Made by a program: the position numbers and the translations under genes. This document shows, piece after piece, positions 1-15,000 of a stretch of 64,000 nt of DNA; position 1 is the first letter of the stretch; each line of letters starts with the position of its first letter. The DNA is taken from NCBI GenBank assembly GCA_965204745.1, contig OZ242010.1, positions 3,552,001 through 3,616,000 of the forward strand, read 5' to 3'. The notes below the pieces were generated by a model. That model was not told the origin of the DNA. It ran no database searches and saw nothing but the letters and a program-made list of their open reading frames with translations. This DNA is from Candidatus Latescibacterota bacterium (GTDB taxonomy: Bacteria; Latescibacterota; UBA2968).

Positions 1-3000
1 CCGTGGACCTTTGGCAAGACAGATCAGTATCCGGTGTTGAAGTATGCCGGCATGGACACCACCGCGCAGTATAACTTGCAACCGCCGGGCATTCCGACAA
101 GTGTGACAGTAACGCAAAAAGCGGACACCTTGGACGTGCGTTGGCGTGCGGCGAGTTATGCGACGGGGTACAAGGTGCAGTGGAAAGCCAGCGATCAGAA
201 CTACGCCGTCTCGCGTGAGGAGACCGTCACGGGGACGCGCTACAAGATCGCCAACTTGATCGGCGGGACGACCTACACAGTGCGTGTCATTGCCACCAAG
301 ACCGGTACGCGCGATGGCATGCCCTCAGCAGAGCAGACCGGCGTTCCCGTCTTGCTGGGCAGTCCGACTGTGATGGTGGCGGCGAAGGTGGACACGCTGA
401 CCGTGACTTGGAATGTGGTGAACGGGGCGACCGGGTATAAGGTGCAGTGGAAATCCGGGTCAGAGACTTATCCCGCCGCCGATGAGGAGTCCGCCACGCG
501 CGGGCAAGCCACTATCGCTGGCGGGGGCACCACGATCCACAAAATTTCTGGGCTGACCGCAGGGACGACTTACACGATTCGCGTCATCGCCACGAATACC
601 AGTATTAATGTAGCCGACAGTGCCCCCTCGGAGGAAGTCATGGTGACCTTGGCGACAACCAAACCCACCAATGTGCGCGTGACGCCGGGGCATCTCCAAC
701 TCATTGTGCGTTGGACCGAGGCAACCGGCGCGACGGGATACAAGATACAGTGGAGGTCCGGACAACAGACCTACAACACATCTGATCGCCAGGAGACGGT
801 CTCTGGAGGAAGCACCACGACCTACACGATAGAGAACCTGACTTTTGGCACGACCTACACGGTGCGCGTCACTGCTACCCTGGCAGGTGGGGCCGATAGC
901 ACGCCCTCGGACGAGGTCATGGGCACGCCCCAAGGGATCGATTATGATGGCGATGGCGATGGCCTCATCGACATTGAGACGCTGGCACAACTGCATGCCA
1001 TCCGCTGGGATCTCAACGGCGATGGGGTCGTCGCCGATAATGATACCATGACCTACAACGCCGCCTTTCCCAACCGCGACACCACCAGCAATGTCCGAAT
1101 GGGTTGCCCTTCTGGGACCTGCACCGGCTACGAACTGCTCAACAACCTCGACTTTGACGAGAATGGCGACGGCGAAATCACCTCAGCAGACGCCACCTAC
1201 TGGGACAACGGCGCGGGTTGGCTACCCATCGGCACAGCCGCCGCCAGATACACCGGCGATTTCAAGGGCAACGGCTACACTATCGACAACCTGACCATCA
1301 ACCGACCCGCCGTCGTTGAAGTGGGATTATTCGGCAACGCCGACACCGCCTCCCGCATCGAGTCCGTCGGCGTAACCAACGCCAGTGTTGCGGGAGGCGA
1401 ATATGCCGGCGCTCTGGTCGGCGCCCTGCGCGGCGAAGTCGTCGCCTGCTACTCCACCGGCAACGTTTCGGCGACGACTAGGACCGCCGGTGGACTGGTC
1501 GGATGGACGCCCAACGCGATTACCTCAAGCTACTCCACCGCATCCGTCAGCGGCCCTGAGCACGTCGGCGGCCTGCTGGGAGCAAGCCAAGGCGGCACCG
1601 TAACGAACTCCTACTCCATCGGCACGGTTATCGGCACCGGCAGTTCTCCACTCGTCGGCGGGTTGATAGGCTCCGGCACGGGCGGCACCGCAAGCTACTG
1701 GGACACCCAAACCAGCGGCTGTACATCCGGCGGCAGCAACGGTTGCACAACCAGCGCCGGCGGTGGCGGCGTTACCGGCCAGACGACCAGCGCGCTCCAA
1801 TCCCCCACCGACTACACCCTCATCTTCTCCACTTGGAATGCCAACCTCGACGGACAAGCCGGCGACGATGATCCGTGGACCTTTGGCGCGGCGGATCAGT
1901 ATCCCGTGTTGAAATATGCCGGCATGGACACCACCGTGCAGTATAACTTGCAACCGCCGGGCATACCGACCAGTGTGACCGTGACGCCAAAAGCGGACAC
2001 CTTGGACGTGCGTTGGACTGCGGCGAGTTATGCGACGGGGTACAAGGTGCAGTGGAAATCCGGCGATCAGAGCTACGCCGCCTCACGTCAGGGGACCGTC
2101 ACGGGGACGCGCTACAAGATCTCCAACTTGATCTCCGGGACGTACACAGTGCGTGTCATTGCCACCAAGACCGGTGCGCCCGATGGCATGCCCTCGGCAG
2201 AGCAGACCAGCGAACCCCTGCTGGTCAGTCCGACTGTGATGGTGGCGGCGAAGGTGGACACGCTGACCGTGACTTGGAACGCCGTGGACGATGCCACCGG
2301 GTATAAGGTGCAGTGGAAATCCGGGTCAGAGACTTATCCCGCCGCCGATGAGCAGTCCGCCACGCGCGGGCAAGCCACCATCGCTGGCGGGGGCACCACG
2401 ATCCACAAAATTTCTGGGCTGACCACAGGGACGACCTACACGATTCGCGTCATCGCCACGAGTACCAATAGCAATGTAGCCGACAGTGCCCCCTCGGAGG
2501 AAGTCATGGGAACCTTGGCGACAACCAGGCCCACCAATGTGCGCGTGACGCCGGGGCCGGTCCAACTCATTGTGACTTGGACCGAGGCAACCGGCGCGAC
2601 GGGATACAAGATACAGTGGAAGTCCGGGCAACAGGCCTACAACACCTCTTCTCGCCAGGAGACGGTCTCTGGAGGCAGCACCACGACCTACACGATAGAG
2701 AACCTGACTTTTGGCACGACCTACACGGTGCGCGTCACTGCTACCCTGTCAGGTGGGGCCGATAGCACGCCCTCGGACGAGGTCATGGGCACGCCCCAAG
2801 GGATCAATTACGACAGCGATGGCGATGGCCTCATCGACATTAAGACGCTGGCGCAACTGCATGCCATCCGCTGGGATCTCAACGGCGATGGGGTCGTCGC
2901 CGATAATGATACCATGAACTACAACGCCGCCTTTCCCGGCCGCGACATCACCAGCAATGGCCGGATGGGTTGCCCTTCCGGAACCTGTACCGGCTACGAA

Positions 3001-6000
3001 CTGCTCAACAACCTCGACTTTGACGAGAATGGCGACGACCAAATCACCTCAGCAGACGCCACCTACTGGGACAACGGCGCGGGTTGGCTACCCATCGGCA
3101 CAGACGCCGCCAGATACACCGGCGATTTCAAGGGCAACGGCTACACTATCGACAACCTGACCATCAACCGACCCTCCGTCGTTGAAGTGGGATTATTCGG
3201 CAACGCCGACACCGCCTCCCGCATCGAGTCCGTCGGCGTAACCAACGCCAGTGTTGCGGGAGGCGAATATGCCGGCGCTCTGGTCGGCGCCCTGCGCGGC
3301 ACAGTCGTCGCCTGCTACTCCACCGGCAACGTTTCGGCGACGACTAGGACCGCCGGCGGGCTGGTCGGATGGACGCCCAACGCGATTACCTCAAGCTACT
3401 CCACCGCATCAGTCAGCGGCCCTGAGCACGTCGGCGGACTGCTGGGAGCAAGCCAAGGCGGCACCGTAACGAACTCCTACTCCACCGGCGTGGTTACTCG
3501 CTCCAGCGGAACGCTAACAACCATCGGCGGGTTGATAGGCTCCGGCACGGGCGGCACCGCAAGCTACTGGGACACCCAAACCAGCGGCTGTACATCCGGC
3601 GGCAGCAACGGTTGCACAACCAGCGCCGGCGGTGGCGGCGTTACCGGCCAGACGACCAGCGCGCTCCAATCCCCTACCGGCTACACCCTCATCTTCTCCA
3701 CTTGGAACGCCAACCTCGACGGACAAGCCGGCGACGATGATCCGTGGACCTTTGGCGCGGCGGATCAGTATCCCGTGTTGAAATATGCCGGCATGGACAC
3801 CACCGTGCAGTATAACTTGCAACCGCCGGGCATTCCGACAAGTGTGACAGTAACGCCAAAAGCGGACACCTTGGACGTGCGTTGGACCGCGGCGAGTTAT
3901 GCGACGGGGTACAAGGTGCAGTGGAAAGCCGGCGCGCAGAGCTACGCCGCCTCACGTCAGGGGATCGTCACAGGGACGCGCTACAAGATCCCCAACTTGC
4001 TCGCCGAGACGACCTACACAGTGCGTGTCATTGCCACCAAGACCGGTGCGCCCGATGGCATGCCCTCGGCAGAGCAGACCGGCGTTCCCGCCTTGCTGGG
4101 CAGTCCGGCTGTGGTGGTGGCGGCGAAGGTGGACACGCTGACCGTGACTTGGAATGTGGTGAACGGGGCGACCGGCTACAAAGTGCAGTGGAAATCCGGG
4201 GCAGCGACTTATCCCACCTCCGATCTGGCGTTGGCCACGCACGGGCAAGCCACAATCGCTGGCGGGAGCACCACGATCCACAAAATTTCTGGGCTGACCG
4301 CAGGGACGACTTACACGATTCGCGTCATCGCCACGAGTACCAATATCAATGTAGCCGACAGTGCCCCCTCGGAGGAAGTCATGGGGACCTTGGCGACCAC
4401 CAGGCCCACCAATGTGCGCGTGACGCCGGGGCCGGGCCAACTCATTGTGGCTTGGACCGAGGCAACCGGCGCGACGGGCTACAAGGTGCAGTGGAAGTCC
4501 GGGCAACAGGCATACAACACATCTGATCGCCAGGCGACGGTCTCTGGAGGAAGCACCACGACCTATACGATAGAGAACCTGACTTTTGGCACGACCTACA
4601 CGGTGCGCGTCACTGCTACCCTGGCAGGTGGGGCCGATAGCACGCCCTCGGACGAGGTCATGGGCACGCCCCAAAGGATCAATTACGACAGGGATGGCGA
4701 TGGCCTCATCGACATTAAGACGCTGGCACAACTGCATGCCATCCGCTGGGATCTCAACGGCGATGGGGTCGTCGCCGATAATGATACCATGAACTACAAC
4801 GCCGCCTTTCCCGACCGCGACACCACCAGCAATGTCCGGATGGGTTGCCCTTCCGGAACCTGCACCGGCTACGAACTGCTCAACAACCTCGACTTTGACG
4901 AGAATGGCGACGGCGAAATCACCTCAGCAGACGCCACCTACTGGAATGCCAACGCGGGTTGGCAACCCCTCGGGACTTACACCGGTACGCTCAAGGGCAA
5001 TAACAAGACGATCTCCAACCTGTATATCAACCGTGGCGGTCAGAATGATGTTGGGCTGTTCCGGGATATCACGGGCACTGTTTCCGGTCTTGGGCTCCGC
5101 AATGTGGATGTCAGAGGCAACCTCGCCGTGGGAGGACTCACCGGCAATCAGCGCGGGGGTGCCATCACGGGTTGTTATGTCACCGGTCGCGTTCGGGGGT
5201 CTGGCAGTTACGGCTTGGGCGGTCTGGTGGGGCATTCTCATACCGGTGCCAACCGCCGCATCAGTGCCAGCTATTCTGTTGCGGCCGTGACGGCCTTAGG
5301 GAGTGGGGGCAATTTCTGGGTCGGTGGTCTGGTGGGGTGGCAGAACGGCGGGACGATTATCGCGTCCTATGCGACGGGTGCGGTCACGGTTACTGGGAGC
5401 GGCACGAAAGGCGGGTTGGTGGGGCGCCTCGAGAGCAGCGGTGAAGTGACGGCCAGCTATGCGACGGGTCAGGTCACCGGTGACGGCACGAAAGGCGGGT
5501 TGGTGGGTAGCACATCTGGCACAGTGACCAATAGCTACTGGGACAGTGACCAGAGCGGCATTGCCGGGGGCAAGAGCACCAGCGATCTGCAAAGCCCGAG
5601 CACCTACGGTGCCACCAACAGCGACACCTACTACAACTGGAACCTAAATGTGGACAGCGATACCAACACGGGCGACGCAGTGGGCAGAGACGATCCGTGG
5701 ACCTTTGGCGCGGCGGATCAGTATCCGGTCTTGAAATATGCCGGCATGGACACCGCCGTGCAGTATAACTTGCAACCGCCGGGCATTCCGACAAGTGTGA
5801 CCGTGACGCCAAAAGCGGACACCTTGGACGTGCGTTGGCGTGCGGCGAGTAATGCGACGGGGTACAAGGTGCAGTGGAAAGCCGGCGATCAGAACTACGC
5901 CGCCTCGCGTGAGGAGACCGTCACGGGGACGCGCTACAAGATCGCCAACTTGATCGCCGGGACGTACACAGTGCGTGTCATTGCCACCAAGACCGGTGCG

Positions 6001-9000
6001 CCCGATAGTCGGCCCTCGGCCGAGCAGACCGGCGTTCCCGCCTTGCTGGGCAGTCCGACTGTGATGGTGGCGGCGAAGGCGGACACGCTGACCGTGACTT
6101 GGAATGCAGTGTCCAACGCAACCGGGTATAAGGTGCAGTGGAAATCCGGGTCAGCGACTTATCCCAACGCCGATGAGGAGTCCGCCACGCACGGGCAAGC
6201 CACTATCGCTGGCGGGGGCACCACGATCCACAAAATTTCTGGGCTGACCGCAGGGATGACCTACACGATTCGCGTCATCGCCACGAGTACCAATGTCAAT
6301 ATACCCGACAGTGACCCTTCGGAGGAAGTCATGGTGACTGCGGCGACAAACAAGCCCACCAATGTGCGCGTGACGCCGGGGTCGGGCCAACTCATTGTGC
6401 GTTGGACCGAGGCAACCGGTGCGACGGGATACAAGGTGCAGTGGAAGTCCGGTGGACAAAGCTACAACACATCTGATCGCCAGACGACGGTCTCTGGGAT
6501 GAGCACCACGACCTACACGATAGAGAACCTGACTTTTGGCACGACCTACACGGTGCGCGTCATTGCTACCCTGGCAGGTGGGACCGATAGCACGCCCTCG
6601 GACGAGGTCACGGGCACCATAACGGATATCAGTTACGATAGCGATGGCGATGGCCTCATCGACATTGAGACACTGGCACAACTGCATGCCATCCGCTGGG
6701 ATCTCAACGGCGATGGGATCGTCGCCGATACTGATACCATGAACTACAACGCCGCCTTTCCCGGCCGCGACATCACCAGCAATGGCCGGATGGGTTGCCC
6801 TTCCGGGACATGCATAGGCTACGAACTGCTCAACAACCTCGACTTCGACACCGACGGGAGCGGGAGCGTAACCTCTGCCGACACCTACCCCAACTGGTCG
6901 CCCATCGGAGGCACCTACTCAACCACGTTCAAGGGCAATAACAAGACCATCTCCAACCTGCACATCAACCGTGGCGGTCAGAATGATGTTGGGCTGTTCT
7001 CCCGTGTCAGCGGCAACATTTCCGGTCTGGGGCTGAAAAATGTCAATGTAACAGGCCAAAGACGGGTGGGTGGGTTGGTCGGTAATCAGGTGGGTGGTCG
7101 CATCCTGGGCTGTTTTGTCACGGGTCGCGTTGAGGGTACTCATCACGAGGTGGGCGGTTTAGTGGGTTATTCAACCGGCAATAATACCGTCATCGCGGCC
7201 AGCTATGCCAATGCTGTAGTCTCCGGAGGGCATGTTCGTGTAGCGGTCGGCGGTTTGGTGGGCAACCTAAATGCTACGGTGATAGCGTCCTACGCCATCG
7301 GGCCGGTGAGTGGATTCCGTAGGGTAGGCGGTTTGGTGGGGAGGTTGGGCGTTTCTCCTAGTCCGGTTAGTACCAGCTATGCCACGGGGACAGTCACTGG
7401 GCAACGACATGACTCCAGCCACCTAGGCGGATTGATCGGGTCTGCACAATCCGGAGTGTCCCATAGTTACTGGGATAGGGAAAGTAGCGGTATCTCATCC
7501 AGTTCTGGCGGCACGAGCCAGACCACCAGCGCGTTGCGGTCGGAAACGGATTACAACGGCATCTACGCCAACTGGAATGTGGATGTCGATGGCAGGCCTG
7601 GCAATGACGCTCCGTGGACCTTTGGCGCGGCGGATCAGTATCCCGTGTTGAAATATGCCGGCATGGACACCACCGCGCAATTTGCAATGCAACCGCCGGG
7701 CATTCCGACAAATGTGACCGTGACGCCCAAAGCGGACACCTTGGACGTGCGTTGGCGTGCGCCGAGTAATGCGACGGGGTACAAGGTGCAGTGGAAATCC
7801 GGCGCGCAGAACTACGATGCCTCGCGTGAGGAGACCGTCACGGGGACGCGCTACAAGATCGCCAACTTGCTCACCGGGACGACTTACACAGTGCGTGTCA
7901 TTGCCACCAAGACCGGTGTCCGCGATGGCCGGCCCTCGGCCGAGCAGACCGGCGTTCCCCTGCTGGGTAGCCCGACGGGTGTGGAGGTGAATGCGAAGGT
8001 GGACACGCTGACCGTGACTTGGAATGCGGTGAACGGGGTGACCGGCTACAAAGTGCAGTGGAAATCCGGGTCAGAGACTTATCCCGCCGCCGATGAGGAG
8101 TCCGCCACGCACGGGCAAGCCACAATCACTGACGGGGGCACCACGACCTACGATATTTCTGGGCTGACCGCAGGGACGACCTACACGATTCGCGTCATCG
8201 CCACGCGTACCAATGTAGCCGACAGTGCCCCCTCGGAGGAAGTGACCGGCGTTCCTCTGCTGGGCAGTCCGACTGTGATGGTGGCGGCGAAGGTGGACAC
8301 GCTGACCGTGACTTGGAATGCGGTGTCCAACGCAACCGGGTATAAGGTGCAGTGGAAATCCGGGGCAGCGACTTATCCCACCTCCGATCTGGCGTTGGCC
8401 ACGCACGGGCAAGCCACTATCGCTGGCGGGAGCACCACGATCCACAAAATTTCTGGGCTGACCACAGGGACGACCTACACGATTCGCGTCATCGCCACGC
8501 GTACCAATGTAGCCGACAGTGCCCCTTCGGACGCAGTCATGGTGACCTTGGCGACCACCAGGCCCACCAATGTGCGCGTGACGCCGGGGCCGGCCCAACT
8601 CATTGTGGCTTGGACCGAGGCAACCGGCGCGACGGGCTACAAGATACAGTGGAAGTCCGGTGGACAAAGCTACAACACATCTGATCGCCAGACGACGGTC
8701 TCTGGGATGAGCACCACGACCTACACGATAGAGAACCTGACTTTTGGCGCGACCTACACGGTGCGCGTCACTGCTACCCTGGCAGGTGGGACCGATAGCA
8801 CGCCCTCGGACGAAGTCATGGGCACGCCCTACGCGATCAATTACGACAGCGATGGCGATGGCCTCATCGACATTAAGACGCTGGCGCAACTGCATGCCAT
8901 CCGCTGGGATCTCAACGGCGATGGGGTCGTCGCCGATAATGATACCATGAACTACAACGCCGCCTTTCCCGACCGCGACACCACCAGCAATGTCCGGATG

Positions 9001-12000
9001 GGTTGCCCTTCCGGAACCTGTACCGGCTACGAACTGCTCAACAACCTTGACTTTGACGAGAATGGCGACGGCGAAATCACTTCAGCAGACGCCACCTACT
9101 GGAATGGCAGCACGGGTTGGCAACCCATCGGGACTTACACCGGTACGCTCAAGGGCAACAACAAGACCATCTCCAACCTGTACATCAACCGTGGCGGTCA
9201 GAATGATGTTGGGCTGTTCCGGGATCTCACGGGCACTGTTTCCGGTCTTGGGCTCCGCAATGTGGATGTCAGAGGCAACCTCGCCGTGGGAGGACTCACC
9301 GGCAATCAGAGCGGGGGTGCCATCACGGGTTGTTATGTCACCGGTCGCGTTCGGGGGTCTGGCAGTTACGGCTTGGGCGGTCTGGTGGGGCATTCTCATA
9401 CCGGTGCCAACCGCCGCATCAGTGCCAGCTATTCCGATGCGGATGTAACAGCCTTAGGGAGTGGGGCCAATTTCTGGGTCGGTGGTCTGGTGGGGTGGCA
9501 GAACGGCGGGACGATTATCGCGTCCTATGCGACGGGCGCGGTCACGGTTACTGGGAACGGCACGAAAGGCGGGTTGGTGGGGCGCCTCGAGAGCAGCGGT
9601 GAAGTGACGGCCAGCTATGCGACGGGTCAGGTCACTGGTGACGGCACGAAAGGCGGGTTGGTGGGCAGCACGGCTGGCACAGTGACCAATAGCTACTGGG
9701 ACAGCGACCGGAGCGGCATTGCCGGGGGCAAGAGCACCAGCGATCTCCAGAGCCAGACCACCTACGGTGCCACCAATAGCGACACCTACTACAACTGGAA
9801 CCTAAATGTGGACAGCGATACCAACACGGGCGACGCAGTGGGCAACGATGATCCGTGGACCTTTGGCGCGGCGGATCAGTATCCCGTGTTGAAATATGCC
9901 GGCATGGATACCACCGCGCAGTATAACTTGCAACCGCCGGGCAGGCCGACCAGTGTGACCGTGACGGTGCAAATGGACACTTTGGATGTGCGTTGGCGCG
10001 CGGCGAGTTATGCGACGGGGTACAAGGTACAGTGGAAATCCGGCGCGCAGAACTACGACGCCTCGCGTGAGGAGACCGTCACGGGGACGCGCTACAAGAT
10101 CCCCAACTTGATCGGCGGGACGACCTACACAGTGCGTGTTATTGCCACCAAGACCGGTGCGCCCGATGGCCGGCCCTCGGCCGAGCAGACCGGCGTTCCC
10201 CTGCTGGGTAGCCCGACGGGTGTGGAGGTGAATGCGAAGGTGGACACGCTGACCGTGACCTGGAATGCGGTGAACGGGGCGACCGGCTACAAAGTGCAGT
10301 GGAAATCCGGGGCACAGACTTATCCCGCCGCCGATGAGGAGTCCGCCACGCACGGGCAAGCCACAATCACTGACGGGGGCACCACGACCTACAAAATTTC
10401 TGGGCTGACCACAGGGACGACCTACGCGATTCGCGTCATCGCCACGCGTACCAATGTAGCCGACAGTGCCCCTTCGGAGGAAGTGATCACCATTCTCATG
10501 CTGGGTAGCCCAACGGGTGTGGAGGTGAGTGCGAAGGTGGACACGTTGACCGTGACCTGGAATGCGGTGCCCCTCGCAACCGGGTATAAGGTGCAGTGGA
10601 AATCGGGGTCAGAGACTTATCCCAACGCCGATGTGGCGTCCGCCACGCGCGGGCAAGCCACTATCTCAGGCGGGAGCACCACGACCTACAAAATCTCCAA
10701 TGTGACCGCAGGGACGACCTACACGATTCAAGTCATCGCCACGCACACCACAACGGCCGGCAACAGTGCCCCTTCGGAGGAAGTCATGGTGACCTCGGCG
10801 ACCACCAGGCCCACCAATGTGCGCGTGACGCCGGGGCCGGGCCAACTCCTTGTGGCTTGGACCGAGGCAACCGGCGCGACGGGCTACAAGGTGCAGTGGA
10901 AGTCCGGTGGACAAAGCTACAACACATCTGATCGCCAGACGACGGTCTCTGGGATGAGCACCACGACCTACACGATAGAGAACCTGACTTTTGGCGCGAC
11001 CTACACGGTGCGCGTCACTGCTACCCTGGCAGGTGGGACCGATAGCGATCCCTCGGACGAGGTCACGGGCACGCCCTACGCGATCAATTACGACAGCGAT
11101 GGCGATGGCCTCATCGACATTAAGACGCTGGCACAACTGCATGCCATCCGCTGGGATCTCAACGGCGATGGGATCGTCGCCGATAATGATACCATGAACT
11201 ACAACGCCGCCTTTCCCAGCCGCGACATCACCAGCAACGTCCGGATGGGTTGTCCTTCCGGAACCTGTACCGGCTACGAACTGCTCAACAACCTCAACTT
11301 TGACGAGAATGGCGACGGCGAAATCACCTCAGCAGACGCCACCTACTGGAATGCCAACGCGGGTTGGCAACCCATCGGGACTTACACCGGTACGCTCAAG
11401 GGCAATAACAAGACCATCTCCAACCTGTACATCAACCGTGGCGGTCAGAATGATGTTGGGCTGTTCGTGGATCTCACGGGCACTGTTTCCGGTCTTGGGC
11501 TCCGCAATGTGGATGTCAGAGGCAACCTCGGCGTGGGAGGACTCACCGGCAATCAGAGCGGGGGTGCCATCACGGGTTGTTATGTCACCGGTCGCGTTCG
11601 GGGGTCTGGCAGTTTCGGCTTGGGCGGTCTGGTGGGGCATTCTCATACCGGTGCCAACCGCCGCATCAGTGCCAGCTATTCCGTTGCGGCTGTGACGGCC
11701 TTAGGGAGTGGGGGCAATTTCTGGGTCGGTGGTCTGGTGGGGTGGCAGAACGGCGGGACGATTATCGCGTCCTATGCGACGGGTGCTGTCACGGTTACTG
11801 GGAGCGGCACAAAAGGCGGGTTGGTGGGGCGCCTCGAGAGCAGCGGTGAAGTGACGGCCAGCTATGCGACGGGTCAGGTCACTGGGAACGGCACGAAAGG
11901 CGGGTTGGTGGGTAGCACATCTGGCACAGTGACCAATAGCTACTGGGACAGTGACCGGAGCGGCATTGCCGGGGGCAAGAGCACCAGCGATCTCCAGAGC

Positions 12001-15000
12001 CAGACCACCTACGGTGCCACCAATAGCGACACCTACTACAACTGGAACCTAAATGTGGACAGCGATACCAACACGGGCGACGCAGTGGGCAAAGACGATC
12101 CGTGGACCTTTGGCGCGGCGGATCAGTATCCGGTCTTGAAGTATGCCGGCATGGATACCACCGTGCAGTATAACTTGCAACCGCCGGGCATTCCGACCAG
12201 TGTGACCGTGACGCCAAAAGCGGACACCTTGGATGTGCGTTGGCGTGCGCCGAGTAATGCGACGGGGTACAAGGTGCAGTGGAAATCCGGCGATCAGAAC
12301 TACGACGCCTCGCGTGAGGAGACCGTCACGGGGACGCGCTACAAGATCTCCAACTTGCTCGCCGAGACGACCTACACAGTGCGTGTCATTGCCACCAAGA
12401 CCGGTGTGCCCGATAGTTGGCCCTCGGCAGAGCAGACCGGCGTTCTCGCCTTGCTGGGCAGTCCGACTGTGATGGTGGCGGCGAAGGTGGACACGCTGAC
12501 CGTGACATGGAATGCGGTGAACGGGGCGACCGGCTACAAAGTGCAGTGGAAATCCGGGGCAGCGACTTATCCCACCTCCGATCTGGCGTTGGCCACGCAC
12601 GGGCAAGCCACCATCGCTGGCGGGGGCACCGCGACCTACGATATTTCTGGGCTGACCGCAGGGACGACCTACACGATTCGCGTCATCGCCACGAGTACCA
12701 ATATCAATGTAGCCGACAGCACCCCCTCGGAGGAAGTCATGGTGACCTTGGCGACCACCAGGCCCACCAATGTGCGCGTGACGCCGGGGCCGGTCCAACT
12801 CATTGTGGCTTGGACCGAGGCAACCGGCGCGACGGGCTACAAGATACAGTGGAAGTCCGGTGGACAAAGCTACAACACCTCTTCTCGCCAGGAGACGGTC
12901 TCTGGAGGAAGCACCACGACCTACACGATAGAGAACCTGACGATAGGGACGCCCTACACAGTGCGCGTCACTGCTACCCTGGCAGGTGGGACCGATAGCA
13001 CGCCCTCGGACGAGGTCATGGGCACGCCCCCGGGGATCAATTACGACAGCGATGGCGATGGCCTCATCGACATTAAGACGCTGGCACAACTGCATGCCAT
13101 CCGCTGGGATCTCAACGGCGATGGGGTCGTCGCCGATAGTGATACCATGAACTACAACGCCGCCTTTCCCAACCGAGACACCACCAGCAATGTCCGGATG
13201 GGTTGCCCTTCCGGAACCTGTACCGGCTACGAACTGCTCAACAACCTCGACTTTGACGAGAATGGCGACGGCGAAATCACCTCAGCAGACGCCACCTACT
13301 GGAATGCCAACGCGGGTTGGCAACCCCTCGGGACTTACACCGGTACGCTCAAGGGCAATAACAAGACGATCTCCAACCTGTATATCAACCGTGGCGGTCA
13401 GAATGATGTTGGGCTGTTCCGGGATATCACGGGCACTGTTTCCGGTCTTGGGCTCCGCAATGTGGATGTCAGAGGCAACCTCGCCGTGGGAGGACTCACC
13501 GGCAATCAGCGCGGGGGTGCCATCACGGGTTGTTATGTCACCGGTCGCGTTCGGGGGTCTGGCAGTTTCGGCTTGGGCGGTCTGGTGGGGCATTCTCATA
13601 CCGGTGCCAACCGCCGCATCAGTGCCAGCTATTCCGTTGCGGCTGTGACAGCCTTAGGGAGTGGGGCCAATTTCTGGGTCGGTGGTCTGGTGGGGTGGCA
13701 GAACGGCGGGACGATTATCGCGTCCTATGCGACGGGTGCGGTCACGGTTACTGGGAGCGGCACGAAAGGCGGGTTGGTGGGGCGCCTCGAGAGCAGCGGT
13801 GAAGTGACGGCCAGTTATGCGACGGGTCAGGTCACGGGTGACGGCACGAAAGGCGGGTTGGTGGGTAGCACATCTGGGACAGTGACCAATAGCTACTGGG
13901 ACAGTGACCGGAGCGGCATTGCCGGGGGCAAGACCACCCGCGATCTCCAGAGCCAGACCACCTACGGTGCCACCAACAGCGACACCTACTACAACTGGAA
14001 CCTAAATGTGGACAGCGATACCAACACGGGCGACGCAGTGGGCAAAGACGATCCGTGGACCTTTGGCGCGGCGGATCAGTATCCGGTCTTGAAGTATGCC
14101 GGCATGGACACCACCGTGCAATTTCAACTCCAACCCGCGGTAGTGACGTTGACCCTGACGCCCTCGTCGATCTCGGAAAGCGGCGGGATGAGTACCGTGA
14201 CCGCGACGCTGACACGGTCGTGGAGCACGGCGACGACGATCACGGTGCGCCCTGTGACCGGTGCTTACACGGTGGGGATGGATTCGACGATCACCATCGC
14301 GGCAGGGCAAACCGCGAACGCGTCGGATACGGTGGTCATCACAGCGGTGGACAATACCCGAGACGAGCTTAATCGCGACGTGACTGTGTCCGTTGTGTCA
14401 GACAACACCCAGGGCAGTGTGGTCCGCCCGATCAAGATAACGATCACCGATGATGACCCGCAACCGAGGCTCTCGATCAGTTCGCCGAGTGCGGTTGAGG
14501 GCACTGCCCTGACGTTCACCGTTAGATTGAATGCGGTGAGCGGCAAGGAGGTGACGGTGGCGTATGCAGACGCGGGCACGGGCACCGCGACTTCGGGGAC
14601 GGATTACTCCACACTTACCGCAGGGACCCTGACCTTTGCGGCGGGCACGACCAGCCAGACTATCGCTGTTTCTGTGAGCGACGACGGGGATGATGAGCCG
14701 AACGAGACCGTGATCGTGACGCTGAGCAGTGCGACCAATGCGACCATAAGCACGGCGCAAGGCACAGGGACGATTATCGATGACGATGGCATGCCTGCGC
14801 TGAGTATCGGTTCGCCAAGCGTGATTGAAGGCGCGACCAGCGCGACCCTGACCTTTCAGGTGTACCTACGCCCGGCGCACACGGCACAGGTGACGGTGGC
14901 GTATGCAGACGCGGGCACGGGCACCGCGACTTCGGGGACCGATTACACCGCGCTCGCCGCAGGGACCCTGACCTTCGCGGTAGGCGATACCATCCAGACC

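Noticed and set aside
34-36. TTG at 34 as the start of the giant protein
   Set aside because: The frame is open to base 1 and begins mid-repeat, so the true start lies upstream of the window.
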